This document shows positions 19,201 to 30,500 of a stretch of 64,000 nucleotides of DNA, one piece after another. Numbering within the stretch: the stretch's first letter is position 1; every line of letters starts with the position of its first letter. The notes beneath the pieces were generated by a model. It worked only from the letters and a program-made list of their open reading frames with translations. It ran no database searches and was not told where the DNA came from. The DNA is from a virus: positions 34,002-98,001 of the IMG/VR virus record IMGVR_UViG_3300022538_000960. One strand, written 5' to 3'. The position numbers were made by a program, and so were the translations under genes.

Positions 19201-22200
19201 AAAATTCTTATGGAAACGCGCTTTGGCTATTCCCGCTGCCATTTATGGTTACCGCGCCCTCGATACCTTCCTGACGGTAAATCCACTCTTAGACCACACC
19301 ATGTTTGATGATGGTTTGACATCCGCTGGGGCGCAGGCAATCGGGAAAGCCAATCTTGCTAGGGCCGAAGTGTTTGACACATTGGGAATAACAGACTTTG
19401 CTCAACATATGGAAGGTCTTATGCCTGGCTCTATGGAATCCCCAGCCGCAAAACTATTTAGGGGTGCCGTCCTTCCACTCTTAGGAAGAAGATTTGGTGG
19501 GGGACCGGGACTTATGATTGGACTAGGAGCCGCGGCTGCAACAGGATTTGGACTCCCAGATCTTACGAGATCTGCGGATGAACTTCGAGATGTTTATTCT
19601 GGACGAAAGCTTTTACCTGTCAGGTCTGGCAGATTTTGGGAGACCTCAAAATTGTCGTATTTTGGAGGAAGAATATCATCATTTCAACCAAGTTGGTATA
19701 CGAAAATTGTAAGTCAATATAAATACACGGATGCTGCCTTGGGGACTAAATTAGAATCGCTATTATATACTGGTCCTTTGGGTGCAATAACCGATTCGTA
19801 CCACTACGAGCGTGTTCGGTACCACGATAGACCTTATCCCACGACGGCTCCATTGTTTAGCGACATTCCAATAATCGGATCCGTAGCAGATATGACGATT
19901 GGAAGACTCTTAAAACCCCAGACTATGATGCATGAAGATGAATTAGCTGCTGCCCAGATGGGATTTGATGTGGAGACGAAGAACCGGATTCTGCCGGGAT
20001 ATAATAAGAATACAATGCCACCCCTACATGAAGCCCGCCCAGGCTATTTTGCTCCTAGGCATACTGTCCCATCTGTGAGTATGAAGGGAATGTTGGGAGA
20101 GTCATTCTATAGACTTACTGAAGCGGCTGGACTTCGGGGATTTATGACACAAGCAATATTAGGTCGAGAGGGCATCGGTCAATATGCGCCAATATATGAT
20201 GATGCATCTGCAATCACCAGTTTCGGCCGACAATTTTGGGACCTTCAGGCTGGGGGTGGGCTGGCATCGGAAGCCTGGAGAAGATTGTATCCAAGAGAAA
20301 GATTTAAAAATTTGGTAAATCCAATTCGTAATTTGGCTCCGACGTGGTTGCCGGAAGATTTCAAATTCGGAGATCCGTATACAAAAATCAAAGGGGGTTT
20401 GATATTATTACCATCCCGAGCTCATGAGAAACTTTACAAAGTGCGTCATAATTTCCCAGTTGACCTAGAATATTTCGGATACGAACCAGGAGAAGCTGCT
20501 GGGAGGATGCTGAAGCTGATTAGACCAGAGAGAGAAGAGGAATATCATTACTCGTTCATTAAAGAGTTGGTTCAAAAACAATTACTGATGAATAGACAAT
20601 TGCTGAGCAAGGATGTTTTTCAATTTGATCCTTGGAATAAATTGGAGGGAACTGTTGATGCTATAATAATGAATCAATCAGGGAACCCAGAATTGATGCA
20701 GATAAAGGCGACCACTTCTGAAAAGCTTGGATTTATGCAGCAACCGAAGCCCGCGCACGTTGCTCAACTTAATTTTGCCATGAGACAGATGAAACGGAGA
20801 CATGGACAAATACTCTATGTCGCCTCGGATAATCCAGAACTAACTAAATCCTTCTATGTGGAATACAGCTCCGAACGATTTCATAATGACATGGCAAGAA
20901 TGAATGAAGCCCGAGAATTAGCATCGGATATGCTACTCAAGGGAATTGGTCAGGTTGGAGAATCCTATTCTTATCCAGATAGATTGCAGGTGTTGGCAAA
21001 TTCGGCTCCGTGGAGTCCAGAATATAAGAAGGTTTTGAAGCAATGTAAGATGTTAGATAAATTTGGATTGTTGGATGAAGAAGATCGGGTTAAAGTAAAT
21101 GAATCGCGCAGGCAGCACGACGCAATTATGCGGAAGTTTGATTTTTATCCTCATCGATTTAGTCATGGAAAATGGCTTACGCCTGATCCAATTTATAATT
21201 TGATGTCTCAGAATGTGAATATCAAGGCAGCGGCAGAATATAATGTTGTCGAAAGATTAATGGGAGCGGCATATGAACGACTATTAGAATTTGACATCCC
21301 AGTGGTGCACTCAAAACTGCTACCATATTACACAAGTGAACAAATGTATGAGAGACAGATCGGAGGCAGTTTCAGTGGAAACTGGTCTAGACCCATCCAT
21401 GATTATATAAGACCATGGTGGCATAGCTTCTTATTATCTTCTGGTCCTGCAGAAGCTGCGGCAAAACTTGGATTCGCAGGTGCGCTGTTTGCTGGTCCCC
21501 CCGGCGCCGCCATTGGTGTGAGTGCTGGACTATTATATGGCGGAGGGAGAGCTGTTGCCGGTCGAGGAACTTGGGTCCCAGGAGAAGTTAAGAGAATTCG
21601 GGAAATTGATGAATATTTTGATGCCTTGGAATATATAAAGAATAATCAATTGTATGAACAAACCGGGGATCCGGAATATCTTAAGCGCTCAAGGGAGACA
21701 ATCTATGGGATTACTCCTATGAGCACCCCAGCTGAATTTTATAGAGCAGTGCCGTACATGGAAAGACCATTTTTCTGGTCGTTCGCCTCTATTCAGGACA
21801 AGGCTCAGCAAAATAGAATTAAACAAAGAGTTTCACCGACTATGAGGACGCTTTTGGAACATTATTGGTCTGGAGATAAGAAATTTACGAATCCCATGAT
21901 AGAGGACTATAATCCAAAATTCCGAATGCCAGCAGAAGATTGGATGGGGTGGAGAGAAGATATTCCTCTGGAAGATATTCAGCTCAAGACCGTTAAGAAT
22001 GAAGGACTTGATAATTTTGACTTTGGATTGGGATGGAAACCACAGGAATTAAGAATGCATAATTCCCCATATGCAATCAAGCCGATAGATATTTCTAGTC
22101 CTTCTGGAGTTCCATATGGTCAGGAAGATTTGGATGCTGGCGACATAAAGAATTTTATTCGAAATGTTTTACAAAGGTATGGCGTAATGAATTCGAATGT

Positions 22201-22255
22201 AACCGTTACAAAATCTCAGGGCAAAGGTGCCCACATATCTTTAAATATTACATAA
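16229..22255 (+). CDS. Giant basic virion protein at the tape-measure position, with membrane segments and a PD-(D/E)xK (Cas4/RecB-like) nuclease-like domain; start may be 16199
   Basis: ~2010 aa; Gly/Ala-rich hydrophobic segments; LEGTVDAII...MQIKAT...HVAQLNFAM...GQILYV at about nt 20640-20830. Confidence 0.65.
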   Translation: MYQDYFYEQRENLDYRDRQLPSPLKTIGAGAFSLLAFVVIRGAAVRGSSAASKALSRNLARVVRSVQAPAWAKSYRNLRAAAIRSGRAEAREFGVLAPKDIGIAATVKEIPLIHRARAKFTTTFAKQIESRRQYYYRDLGLRQKELYAALKHGHHPKSLDQRLKALKTFMKPDGAFSARFMAAAGKWGERYAKMIPGFYVADQALGLFSKARPEHLKPAWYNIPGHVAGMVRFGIEFAPIDLAFSGALRVLRYGRAVAARSAQLGVREFPHVREGFTKAVETLHIKGAQWHASISKHWATRRRGAWPSIQELKRGIRDRKAPHSMDIIRLYSDIVKDAKVQRKPYFKMEQQLTQILGVLGMRKDPTLLREMSRNTEIKKAFDEVLAKFERRPKQTFIEYALKTPERPADWAPRRLSTTSYIKRYAKEAQWDPETTNNALKLLGGKELYYGQNILRKGNFSMFNASFAAGKVIDVMGKWKVPFISWHPFRRMMVAGIPRIGIPGKGPAFRILDEKQSALMAEAAANADLNVTRSPQLKVGEYFMRIGDHLFRLSPEKLIERVSGHWRVSVDTITAGERRHFQGLVESQTDYEHTGWLGHLRQKFELGRSPHFIGKRLKEYIIQDFNPESPHVLMHEKGKYVNMLRHLQGDKILSPREQKEFINYSRAVGRHLYGSEQTALEVFHNNQGLRGKVLDILGGVDAKKAKKILNDANIDRVIDDLSLFDYALPETYSQRTIQQVRRALHDVQNLTGPDREFLLRSRSSILEQSSNLTVEDYLMGQYFKKTLENYSQAGKITEGVYDKIFKSIDDTLLAKREKSKAKSLFTSMKINRPMSDYLNVYSDQEVINSLDTVGHLRDIITPNESLLREVFKLDYKSLRESMKINRFMKDTLVPLEIQGFLGPIDEIWRVQGHGAPAAPKDLFGAAPGFGDMLKSDFKKFFRISDSATQINYEPYVTKQSMLLHRWAIRPFNMTLGWIGLDLHYRSNAEFMKKFLWKRALAIPAAIYGYRALDTFLTVNPLLDHTMFDDGLTSAGAQAIGKANLARAEVFDTLGITDFAQHMEGLMPGSMESPAAKLFRGAVLPLLGRRFGGGPGLMIGLGAAAATGFGLPDLTRSADELRDVYSGRKLLPVRSGRFWETSKLSYFGGRISSFQPSWYTKIVSQYKYTDAALGTKLESLLYTGPLGAITDSYHYERVRYHDRPYPTTAPLFSDIPIIGSVADMTIGRLLKPQTMMHEDELAAAQMGFDVETKNRILPGYNKNTMPPLHEARPGYFAPRHTVPSVSMKGMLGESFYRLTEAAGLRGFMTQAILGREGIGQYAPIYDDASAITSFGRQFWDLQAGGGLASEAWRRLYPRERFKNLVNPIRNLAPTWLPEDFKFGDPYTKIKGGLILLPSRAHEKLYKVRHNFPVDLEYFGYEPGEAAGRMLKLIRPEREEEYHYSFIKELVQKQLLMNRQLLSKDVFQFDPWNKLEGTVDAIIMNQSGNPELMQIKATTSEKLGFMQQPKPAHVAQLNFAMRQMKRRHGQILYVASDNPELTKSFYVEYSSERFHNDMARMNEARELASDMLLKGIGQVGESYSYPDRLQVLANSAPWSPEYKKVLKQCKMLDKFGLLDEEDRVKVNESRRQHDAIMRKFDFYPHRFSHGKWLTPDPIYNLMSQNVNIKAAAEYNVVERLMGAAYERLLEFDIPVVHSKLLPYYTSEQMYERQIGGSFSGNWSRPIHDYIRPWWHSFLLSSGPAEAAAKLGFAGALFAGPPGAAIGVSAGLLYGGGRAVAGRGTWVPGEVKRIREIDEYFDALEYIKNNQLYEQTGDPEYLKRSRETIYGITPMSTPAEFYRAVPYMERPFFWSFASIQDKAQQNRIKQRVSPTMRTLLEHYWSGDKKFTNPMIEDYNPKFRMPAEDWMGWREDIPLEDIQLKTVKNEGLDNFDFGLGWKPQELRMHNSPYAIKPIDISSPSGVPYGQEDLDAGDIKNFIRNVLQRYGVMNSNVTVTKSQGKGAHISLNIT

Positions 22256-22264
22256 GGAAAAACT

Positions 22265-24523
22265 ATGAAAATTTCTGCGATAAACCTGACCGTTAATTCC
22301 ATCAAGGTTTTGGAGAGAAGGTATCTTAAGAAGGACAAAAACGGAAAGGTCGACGAAACCCCAGAAGAGCTCTTCTGGAGGGTGGCTGAGGTTATATCTT
22401 CTGCGGATAAGGATTATGGAGCTACCGAATCTGAGATAAAGAAGGCCAAAGAAGAATTCTATGAGATGATGGCAAAGTTGGAATTTATGCCCAACTCCCC
22501 CACCCTGATGAATGCGGGTAGACCTCTGGGCCAGCTCTCCGCCTGCTTTGTCATACCGATCGAAGATACCATGGAATCCATCTTCACTGCGGTGAAGGAT
22601 ACTGCCCTGATTCACAAAAGCGGAGGCGGAACCGGATTTTCATTCTCAAGATTAAGACCCAAAAATTCGCCTGTGGCATCCACCAGCGGGGTGGCTTCGG
22701 GTCCCATATCTTTCATGAAAGTTATCAATGCCGCAACTGAAGCGGTCAAGCAGGGAGGGACGCGACGTGGAGCTAACATGGCAATATTGAGGGTGGATCA
22801 TCCGGACATTCTGGAGTTTATCTGTTCCAAGGACGATCTGAAAGAACTTACCAATTTCAATATCTCTGTGGCTGTCACCGATGCCTTCACGAAGGCGATG
22901 GAAAAGGATAAGTACTACGATTTGATCGATCCCCGCACCGGAAAAGAATACAATTTGAACGATAAACCAGTTCGGTATAGGGCCAAAGAGATCTTCGACT
23001 TGATCGTGGAACATGCCTGGAGAACCGGTGAACCAGGGATGATGTTTCTGGATAAGATGAATCAGGGCAATCCCATTACCAAAGTTGGATTATATGAATC
23101 CACCAACCCCTGCGGAGAGCAGCCCCTTTTGCCTTACGAAAGCTGTAACTTAGGATCCATCAATCTCTCCAAGATGCTTAAAGTCAGTGGTCAGTCGTCA
23201 GTGGTCAGTGATCAGACCCCACCCACCACTGTTATGGAGGTGGATTGGGACAAATTGGAAACCACGGTCAAAAAGGCGGTTCATTTTCTGGATAATGTGA
23301 TAGACGCCAACAATCATCCGCTTTCAGAAATTAAAAAGAACACCGAAGCCAATCGGAAAATCGGCTTGGGGGTGATGGGTTGGGCAGATATGTTGGTTCA
23401 GTTAAGGATTCCATATAATTCCACTGAGGCGGTGAAGTTAGCTGATAAGGTGATGGGATTTATCAAAGAAAAATCTCACCAGACTTCGTCTGAATTAGGA
23501 AAAGAAAGGGGCAACTTCCCCAATTGGGAGAAAAGCGTCTATTACGAGAAAAAAATCCCCATGCGCAATTCCACCGTTACCACCATTGCGCCGGCAGGAA
23601 CCATCAGCATCATCGCTGGTTGTTCCTCCGGGATTGAGCCGCTTTTTGCCATCTCCTACATCCGCACGGTGATGGACAACACCAAACTGGTGGAGGTAAA
23701 TCCCTTCTTTGAAGAAGAGGCGAAAAAGAGAGGTTTTGACACCAAGGATTTGATGAAGAAAATTGCCCAGAAGGGATCGATTCAGGATCCCGATTTCATC
23801 GGGATTCCCGAGGACGTCAAAAAGGTATTTGTGGTTTCTCATGACATAGCACCGGAATGGCACGTGCGAATGCAGGCCGCTTTCCAGAAGTATACGGACA
23901 ATGCAGTTTCCAAGACTATAAACCTCCCCAACCAAGCCACGGTGGGGGACGTGGAGACTGCTTATAGATTAGCATACCAATTGGGTTGTAAGGGGGTGAC
24001 CATCTATCGGGATGGATCCAGAGAGGCACAAGTGTTATCCACCAAAAAGGAAAAAGAAAAAGAGCAGGAGAAAATCGCTCCCATGGAGAGACCGGCTTGC
24101 CTTTCCGGCATAACTGACAAGATTAAAACCGGATACGGGAATCTTTATGTGACCATCAACAGCTTAAATGGAAAGCCTTTTGAGGTTTTTGCCCAGATAG
24201 GAAAATCCGGATATTCCACCATGGCCGACACCGAAGCCATCTGCAGGTTGATCTCCCTGGCGCTTCGGAGCGGGATAAGTGTGGAAAAGACCATCGAGCA
24301 ACTGATTGGAATTGGCGGCGCATCTCCCATCTATCAGGAGGGCGGACTGGTCATGTCCATCCCGGATGCCATTGCCAAAGTTTTGAATAAGCATTTTGGT
24401 AATGGCCAAAATGCCAATCACGATATAGATCTTACTATGGAATTCTGTCCCGACTGTGGAGCTAAATTGAATCGTGATTCTGGGTGTATTGTCTGCACTC
24501 AATGTGGATTTTCAAAATGTTAA
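22265..24523 (+). CDS. nrdJ: Class II (adenosylcobalamin-dependent) ribonucleotide reductase with C-terminal TSCPD domain and Zn ribbon
   Basis: NSPTLMN, QLSACFV, GGTRRGANM, TNPCGEQPL, ESCNLGSINL, TIAPAGTIS, CKGVTIYRDGSR, CPDCG...CTQCGFSKC. Confidence 0.93.
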   Translation: MKISAINLTVNSIKVLERRYLKKDKNGKVDETPEELFWRVAEVISSADKDYGATESEIKKAKEEFYEMMAKLEFMPNSPTLMNAGRPLGQLSACFVIPIEDTMESIFTAVKDTALIHKSGGGTGFSFSRLRPKNSPVASTSGVASGPISFMKVINAATEAVKQGGTRRGANMAILRVDHPDILEFICSKDDLKELTNFNISVAVTDAFTKAMEKDKYYDLIDPRTGKEYNLNDKPVRYRAKEIFDLIVEHAWRTGEPGMMFLDKMNQGNPITKVGLYESTNPCGEQPLLPYESCNLGSINLSKMLKVSGQSSVVSDQTPPTTVMEVDWDKLETTVKKAVHFLDNVIDANNHPLSEIKKNTEANRKIGLGVMGWADMLVQLRIPYNSTEAVKLADKVMGFIKEKSHQTSSELGKERGNFPNWEKSVYYEKKIPMRNSTVTTIAPAGTISIIAGCSSGIEPLFAISYIRTVMDNTKLVEVNPFFEEEAKKRGFDTKDLMKKIAQKGSIQDPDFIGIPEDVKKVFVVSHDIAPEWHVRMQAAFQKYTDNAVSKTINLPNQATVGDVETAYRLAYQLGCKGVTIYRDGSREAQVLSTKKEKEKEQEKIAPMERPACLSGITDKIKTGYGNLYVTINSLNGKPFEVFAQIGKSGYSTMADTEAICRLISLALRSGISVEKTIEQLIGIGGASPIYQEGGLVMSIPDAIAKVLNKHFGNGQNANHDIDLTMEFCPDCGAKLNRDSGCIVCTQCGFSKC
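23183..23217. repeat. Five tandem heptamers (GTCAGTG-like) inside nrdJ
   Basis: gtcagtg gtcagtc gtcagtg gtcagtg atcagac; encodes an in-frame loop VSGQSSVVSDQT. Confidence 0.8.
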
Positions 24524-24535
24524 TGGGTGATTCTA

Positions 24536-27500
24536 ATGCCAATTATTTATGATCCGGAAGAAGATCAGTTTGTAGATCGGCACGGATATTTATTTCCAAC
24601 TGTCCTATTAGGTGGCGGGTTCCTGGCTTGGAAAAAATATTATGGATCTCCACAGCTTGGAAGGAAATTTTCGCCCCGAGCATTTGTAGGATTTGTTAAA
24701 GATTTAGACCCTCAAGATTATCTAAGGAAATATCTTACAAGACCAGACAAGCCAGAACTCCCTCTCCAACGTAGGTTGGTAGAAACTGCGGTAGAATATG
24801 AAAAAAGCAAATCAGTAATAGAATTTCTCACCGATGCCGATATGAAAACTATTCACTCAATCGGCTCAGCTCTTCCGACTCCGATGAAAGCGGAAGAGAT
24901 AGAATTCAAGCGGCAGGTAATTAGACAATTTAATCCGGTAACTTATGACTTGGTAAGATCCAATGTGGAAAAAACCCAGGAGGTATTCAACGAGTTGCTT
25001 GAAAATGTTGAAGAATCTAAACATTTACAAAGTGTTCTTAAACAACAGCTTGAACGATATAGATTTAAAAAATCTCGCCTATTGATATATTCGAAATTTT
25101 CTGAAATTATCAGTCCGGAAATGCTGAAGAGCGAAGCTGGACATCCTGTTTTGATGAGACAGCTATGGGATATGCAGAAGAAACAAGTTCAGGAAGCTAG
25201 GAGATTGGCGCAGATATTACAAAATGAAACTCCGGAAACTATAGTAAACTTAAAGATTCCAAAAGTTTTGGAGCGCATTGATCCAACCACTATCATAGAC
25301 GAGAGACGAGCGAGACTCCAACCCGCAGGGAAAACGATTAGTGATACGGGCATCAAGTTATCTTATACAAATTATAAATCATTTCTTCAGGAACTCCGAA
25401 GAGCGAGGGTCGATTCCAAAGCTGTGGCTGCAATCGAATCTATAGACCCATTACTAAGGCAGCATCTAAATGAACTTGCCCATACAAAACCTCGAATTAC
25501 GTATGCCCTTCGCGATAATGCATTCAACTTACAGGCCGTGATTAAATTATCTATTCAAACTAAAGAGGAAGGCAAAAGGGAGATCATTAATCTGAAAATT
25601 CCTCTTGCTCGTGGTGGGAGATTAAGAATCAATGGGACCGGGTACATCCCTCAGAGATACCGAGGCATTAAGCCGCTTATCCCAGAAATAGAACGAATTG
25701 AATCTGATATCTACGAGTCGGTGATTCGTAATTTGAATAAGAGATTCAAAAGTGAAGTTTGGCATAAAGTTATGGATGGAGATGCCCGTGGAGGTGAACG
25801 ATCCATTAATGCATTGATTAAGGAACCGATTGATGAAAGATTAATCATCGAATCGGGGCGCCCAGTCCATGATTTCATTGAGCAGAATATAATCCAGGAT
25901 GCTAGACTCGGCTATCTGTCGCCTACACGTGGATTCAGAACTGAAGATGAGCGGCGTGTGGTGCTTGATCGATTCAAAAAAATGCAAAAACTTAAATTAC
26001 TTCTATTGGAGGGTGGAGGAAAGTTAAAATTACCAAATAGATATGCATTTATAGATTTTGAAACATTCGGAACAAAAACGAATTACCTGCCGCATCAAGT
26101 GACCGTAGGTATAATTGAAAATGGCGCAGTCGTTGATTGGTATACAGGAAAAATCGATCCTCGAAGCATTAATACCAACTATGCTTTTCCGGAAGTTGAT
26201 TTGAAGTTGTCATTCAAGGGAAAAACGAGAGAACAAGTTATGAAGGAATTCGATGAAATTGGACAACCTATTAGTAAGATTCGGAGAGATTTGGAAGAAT
26301 TCCTGCGGAAAAATGCCAAAGGAGGAAAGCTTCCAGTTGCTGCTTGGAGTGCTGGATTCGATGTGGATCGGGTAATGGGGCAGCAATTCTTGGGGGCCAA
26401 AGCATATTTGGGAGAAACTTGGGATCCGATGGATCTCCAAAAAGCTATTGATCCAGATGTTCAAGCTTCAGTTTCTCTTAGATCCGTTGGGCGATCTCGT
26501 AAAATCTTTGTGCCAACTTCTTCGAAAAAAGATTTGATTCTTAATAAAAAAGTTATTGAATTATTTAAAAAGAATCGCAATTTAATGTCTATCTTGAAGG
26601 ACAAAGATCCTGGATTTCATGGTAAGTTAATGAAGGCAGTTTCCGAAAAACAAATAAGGGATCTGGTAATGCACGAGGCATCAATTGATGTACTTGTAGC
26701 AAATAAGGTCTTTCAGGATATTGCGAAAGATATTAATTTGCATTCATCTGTAGTGATGCGTGATTTGAATGCAATGTTATTGTCTTATCATAGAGCCCTG
26801 ACCCGCTCAATAAATCCAATAGGTATCAATCACTGGACAACCAGAGCACTGGGATCTAATTTCCCCTCACTTTCTCCAGCTCAAATTTTGCAAGGTAAAT
26901 TTACAAAATTTGATATCAGAGATTTAGCTCCCCTTACTAGGTTAGGCTTAGATCCAACACGGCCATTTTATCAACAATGGGTTTCAGCGCACTTAATTAC
27001 CAAAGATGTTCCCGACTTGATTACGAAAACGTATAAGAAGATTGCTGATAAGCATGGCGAGCTCTTTAAATCGATAGATACATTAACAATTTTTAATCCA
27101 TTAACTGCAGAAAGTGCAGGCCTAATAGATTTTCAGGCTGCGGATGAAATGGCAATTAAAATGGGGACAAAAGAGATTAGAATTCCGCATACGGGCAAAT
27201 TGAAGCTCATACCCGAACTCAGAGAATATTTTGAACAAATAAAATCAACAAGGAGTCCGAGAGAGCGTGAAATAGTTTTATCTAAATTAAGACAGAAAAT
27301 GGCGAAGTCATATCAAAAGGGATCTCATTTCCAGGAATGGTTGCCTGGGTATACCTTACTTGGAGAAGCAGAAGGATTTACATTTAATACCTCGACTCCA
27401 TTGATGTCAACAATCGAGAACATTGAATACAATAATGAGAACAAGGAAATAGCCATTCGTCTCCAGACGGCGAGCCGTCCTGAAAAGTATGGGCATCCAA

Positions 27501-30500
27501 TGAAAGTTTTTGCCCGTGAACATAAGGGGATGTTGACCCCTGTAGAGGGACTGAGATCCATTACATGGGTTGATGCGGTTCTTCGTAAAGATCTTGTAAA
27601 ACGCGGTAGGATGTCATTTATGTTGGGGCAAATTCAGAGATTAACCAGGAATTTTCAAGCAATTCATTCGAAATTAACCCCAGCTCAGACATTTCAATTT
27701 TTCGAAACAGTTAAGACTTTTGTAAGTAAGATAAACTCGATGGGGGGAATTAAATTAGATTGGCAAGTTAACCGAGGCAAACTTCAATTTATAGATGAAA
27801 TAACAGGTAAAGAGTGGCAAAAATTGGATCTTGGGAAAATCGAAAAAAACTGGTTGCAATTTTCCGAAGGTGGATGGGTTAAATTCATGAAAGAATATTC
27901 CCAAAAGATCCGGCATATGATGATTTCGTTTGGAGTTAAATATTCTAGGCATGATCCTCGCCTGCCCTATTGGACTCAGGGCCAAATTGAATCGATGTTA
28001 TCGACTGAGTGGGGTCGACGATTCCCCAAAAAGTTAGTGTTTGCTGATCTGTCCCGGGCTGAACAAAATGCATTCCGAGAGAAAATAGAGGTAGAAATGC
28101 ATGATCAGCTATCAAAAAGTGAATTATCCAAGTTTTTTACCAAAGCAGAATTAGAGCGATGGAAATCCGGAACCTTAATGAAAGGTCATCTTTCTTTGAT
28201 TCAGCTCTTTGGTGGTTCTTGGGGGGTTTTAGAAGTTACCCCAGCATCGAGGGCATATGAGGCCGGCGAATTATACGCAAAGGGAACCGATGTTGCAATT
28301 CCTCGTCTAAGTGAATTAGTTATATCAGGACCAGTTGGACAAAGATTGGCGCGATCATTTACCCCCCAGCAACGTGATATGATGAATTATATGTCAAACA
28401 TTCAACCCCTTTTAAGATATGGTGTTTTGCCGGAATCCCATTATCCGATTGTAAAAGCTTCGGAAATAAATCTTGACCCTATGACAACTCACTTGGGATT
28501 TAAGCAAGAAGTTGGGATTATAGAAGATAAATCCTTCAGAATTAAGTGTGTTGAAACTGGAGAAATTTTTAATTCTCTCGAAGAAGTTCCTGGCCGTTAT
28601 TTGAAACAATATACACTGAGGCCCATGGGCATGAATGCCTATATGCATCCTAAAACTTTGGAATCATTGTACGGACAGCAGCCAACCATAGCAGAATTTA
28701 ATATAGGGAAGAAGACAGTTTATGTTCCCAGACCAGCATTATCATTTATTCGGGGTGCCCCAGCGAAAGTTACAAAGAGTGGGGACCCTTATACAATAGT
28801 TGGGAAGGAAATCCAAACATTTAAAAACCTCTTTGTGATGGCTGCCGATTATAAGTTAATCGAAGATAAAGAGGCGAAGAAACTTGCCGAACGGGAATTT
28901 TTTGCAAGAGTTGAAGATTATAGAAATATGTTATTGACCGATAAGTCCGCCTATATAAAACTTACCAAGCCGACTATTCCAGGAGTACAAGGTAAAATTT
29001 CCATGGCATTCCCTCCAGGAATGGCCAAGGCATTGGGATTGCCGCAGGATATGTTCGCTCATATAACTACGGGATTTGGAGTCCAGGGTGTGTCCATGGA
29101 GTCGATTGGAGAGGAGTATTTTAATAAGGCCATGGATGCTCACCAGATAAAAATCGGGCCAGACACCGGAAAATTTAGGGGTGGCACAGGATCGATTTAT
29201 CCAAATAAATTGGCATTTAGAGAGTCCCTTAGTAAAGGCGAGGAACTGCTGGCTGGGACCCTTATTCGAATCCCACCAGAAAGTAAATTCGCAGCTTTTG
29301 ATACGTTAATTGACGTCAGAAGGGATCAAGCCGCTGGGATGCGTCTTCAGCTTAGAGAGGCTATGATGGCCCATTTCGATTTTGACGGGGATATTGCGCC
29401 ACTAGGATTTGCGAATCTTACACCGGAAGACCAGGAGCAGGTTTTGAAGGATCTTGTGAATAAGCAACATATTGATCGCGAGGCACATAAAACATTAGCT
29501 GAAAGAATAAAAAAGTTGCATGCCAATGTTCTTGAATATGAAACCAGCAAAGATGCTGCAACCAAGAAGCAACTTGTCAAAGAGCTTGAGCAAATTCAAG
29601 AACTCGAAAAGACAATGAATGTCAATGTCTATGGCCAGGGTATTTGGGTGAGGGAAGCCAAGCCGGGAGTAACTCCAAAGGAAATTAAATTAGGAGTTGG
29701 CGATGAGATGAGGTTCCGGAAGATGAATTTGCACCAGTTTATGAAGGGATTACCATCTATTGATCTTCCAGGAAAGTTGATTAGCCTTCCGGGTGAAGAA
29801 TTGGAGCTACATCTTTCTAATATGCTTACAAAGACGGCTACAGCGTATTCTTATCGAGAAACAATGAGAATGAGAGCGTCCGGCAGATTATTTGGCGGAA
29901 AGTTGACCCAACAATACTTGGATTTGTATGATCAACTGGTTGGGAAAGTTACCGCATTCAAAAAAATTCCGCTTGCGGATGCAGAGGCTTTGACTCGGGC
30001 ATTTATCGAGCCAACGGCTGCTGAATCAAAAACGATCATGACGAAATATTTGGACAAGGATGCAGAGCAACTTTGGTCACAATTTAAAGATTGGCACACC
30101 GAATTGGGTCGCCTTGGGGTGAGAAGACAAATCAATGACTTGATCAGCTCTGGGATGAAGCGCTCCCCTATCACAGGTGGGCAATTGGCTTTGTGGGGAC
30201 CGAGTGTGGAACTCCCCACAGGAAAAAGTCGCGCCATCCTAGATTTCTGGGGCAAGGAAAAATTCCTTGATAGTTTCAAACGGCATGGAAAAAAAGGTGG
30301 GATTGCAATAGCATTGGCTGCCCTTATCGCTCCAATTTTCTTGCCACATGATAATTTATATGACAAAGACGGATATCCAATAATTCCGACTAGTTTCAAC
30401 ATTTCGCGTCCAATATTCCCTTCGCCCATTCATGTGGTTCCAAATGATCCAACATCTCATCCAGTGAGGACATTTAGGCCCCAAATTATGGATCCCTTAC

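Noticed and set aside
20560-20900. CRISPR-Cas system suggested by the Cas4-like domain
   Set aside because: No repeat-spacer array or other cas genes in the window, and no Fe-S cysteine cluster around the domain.
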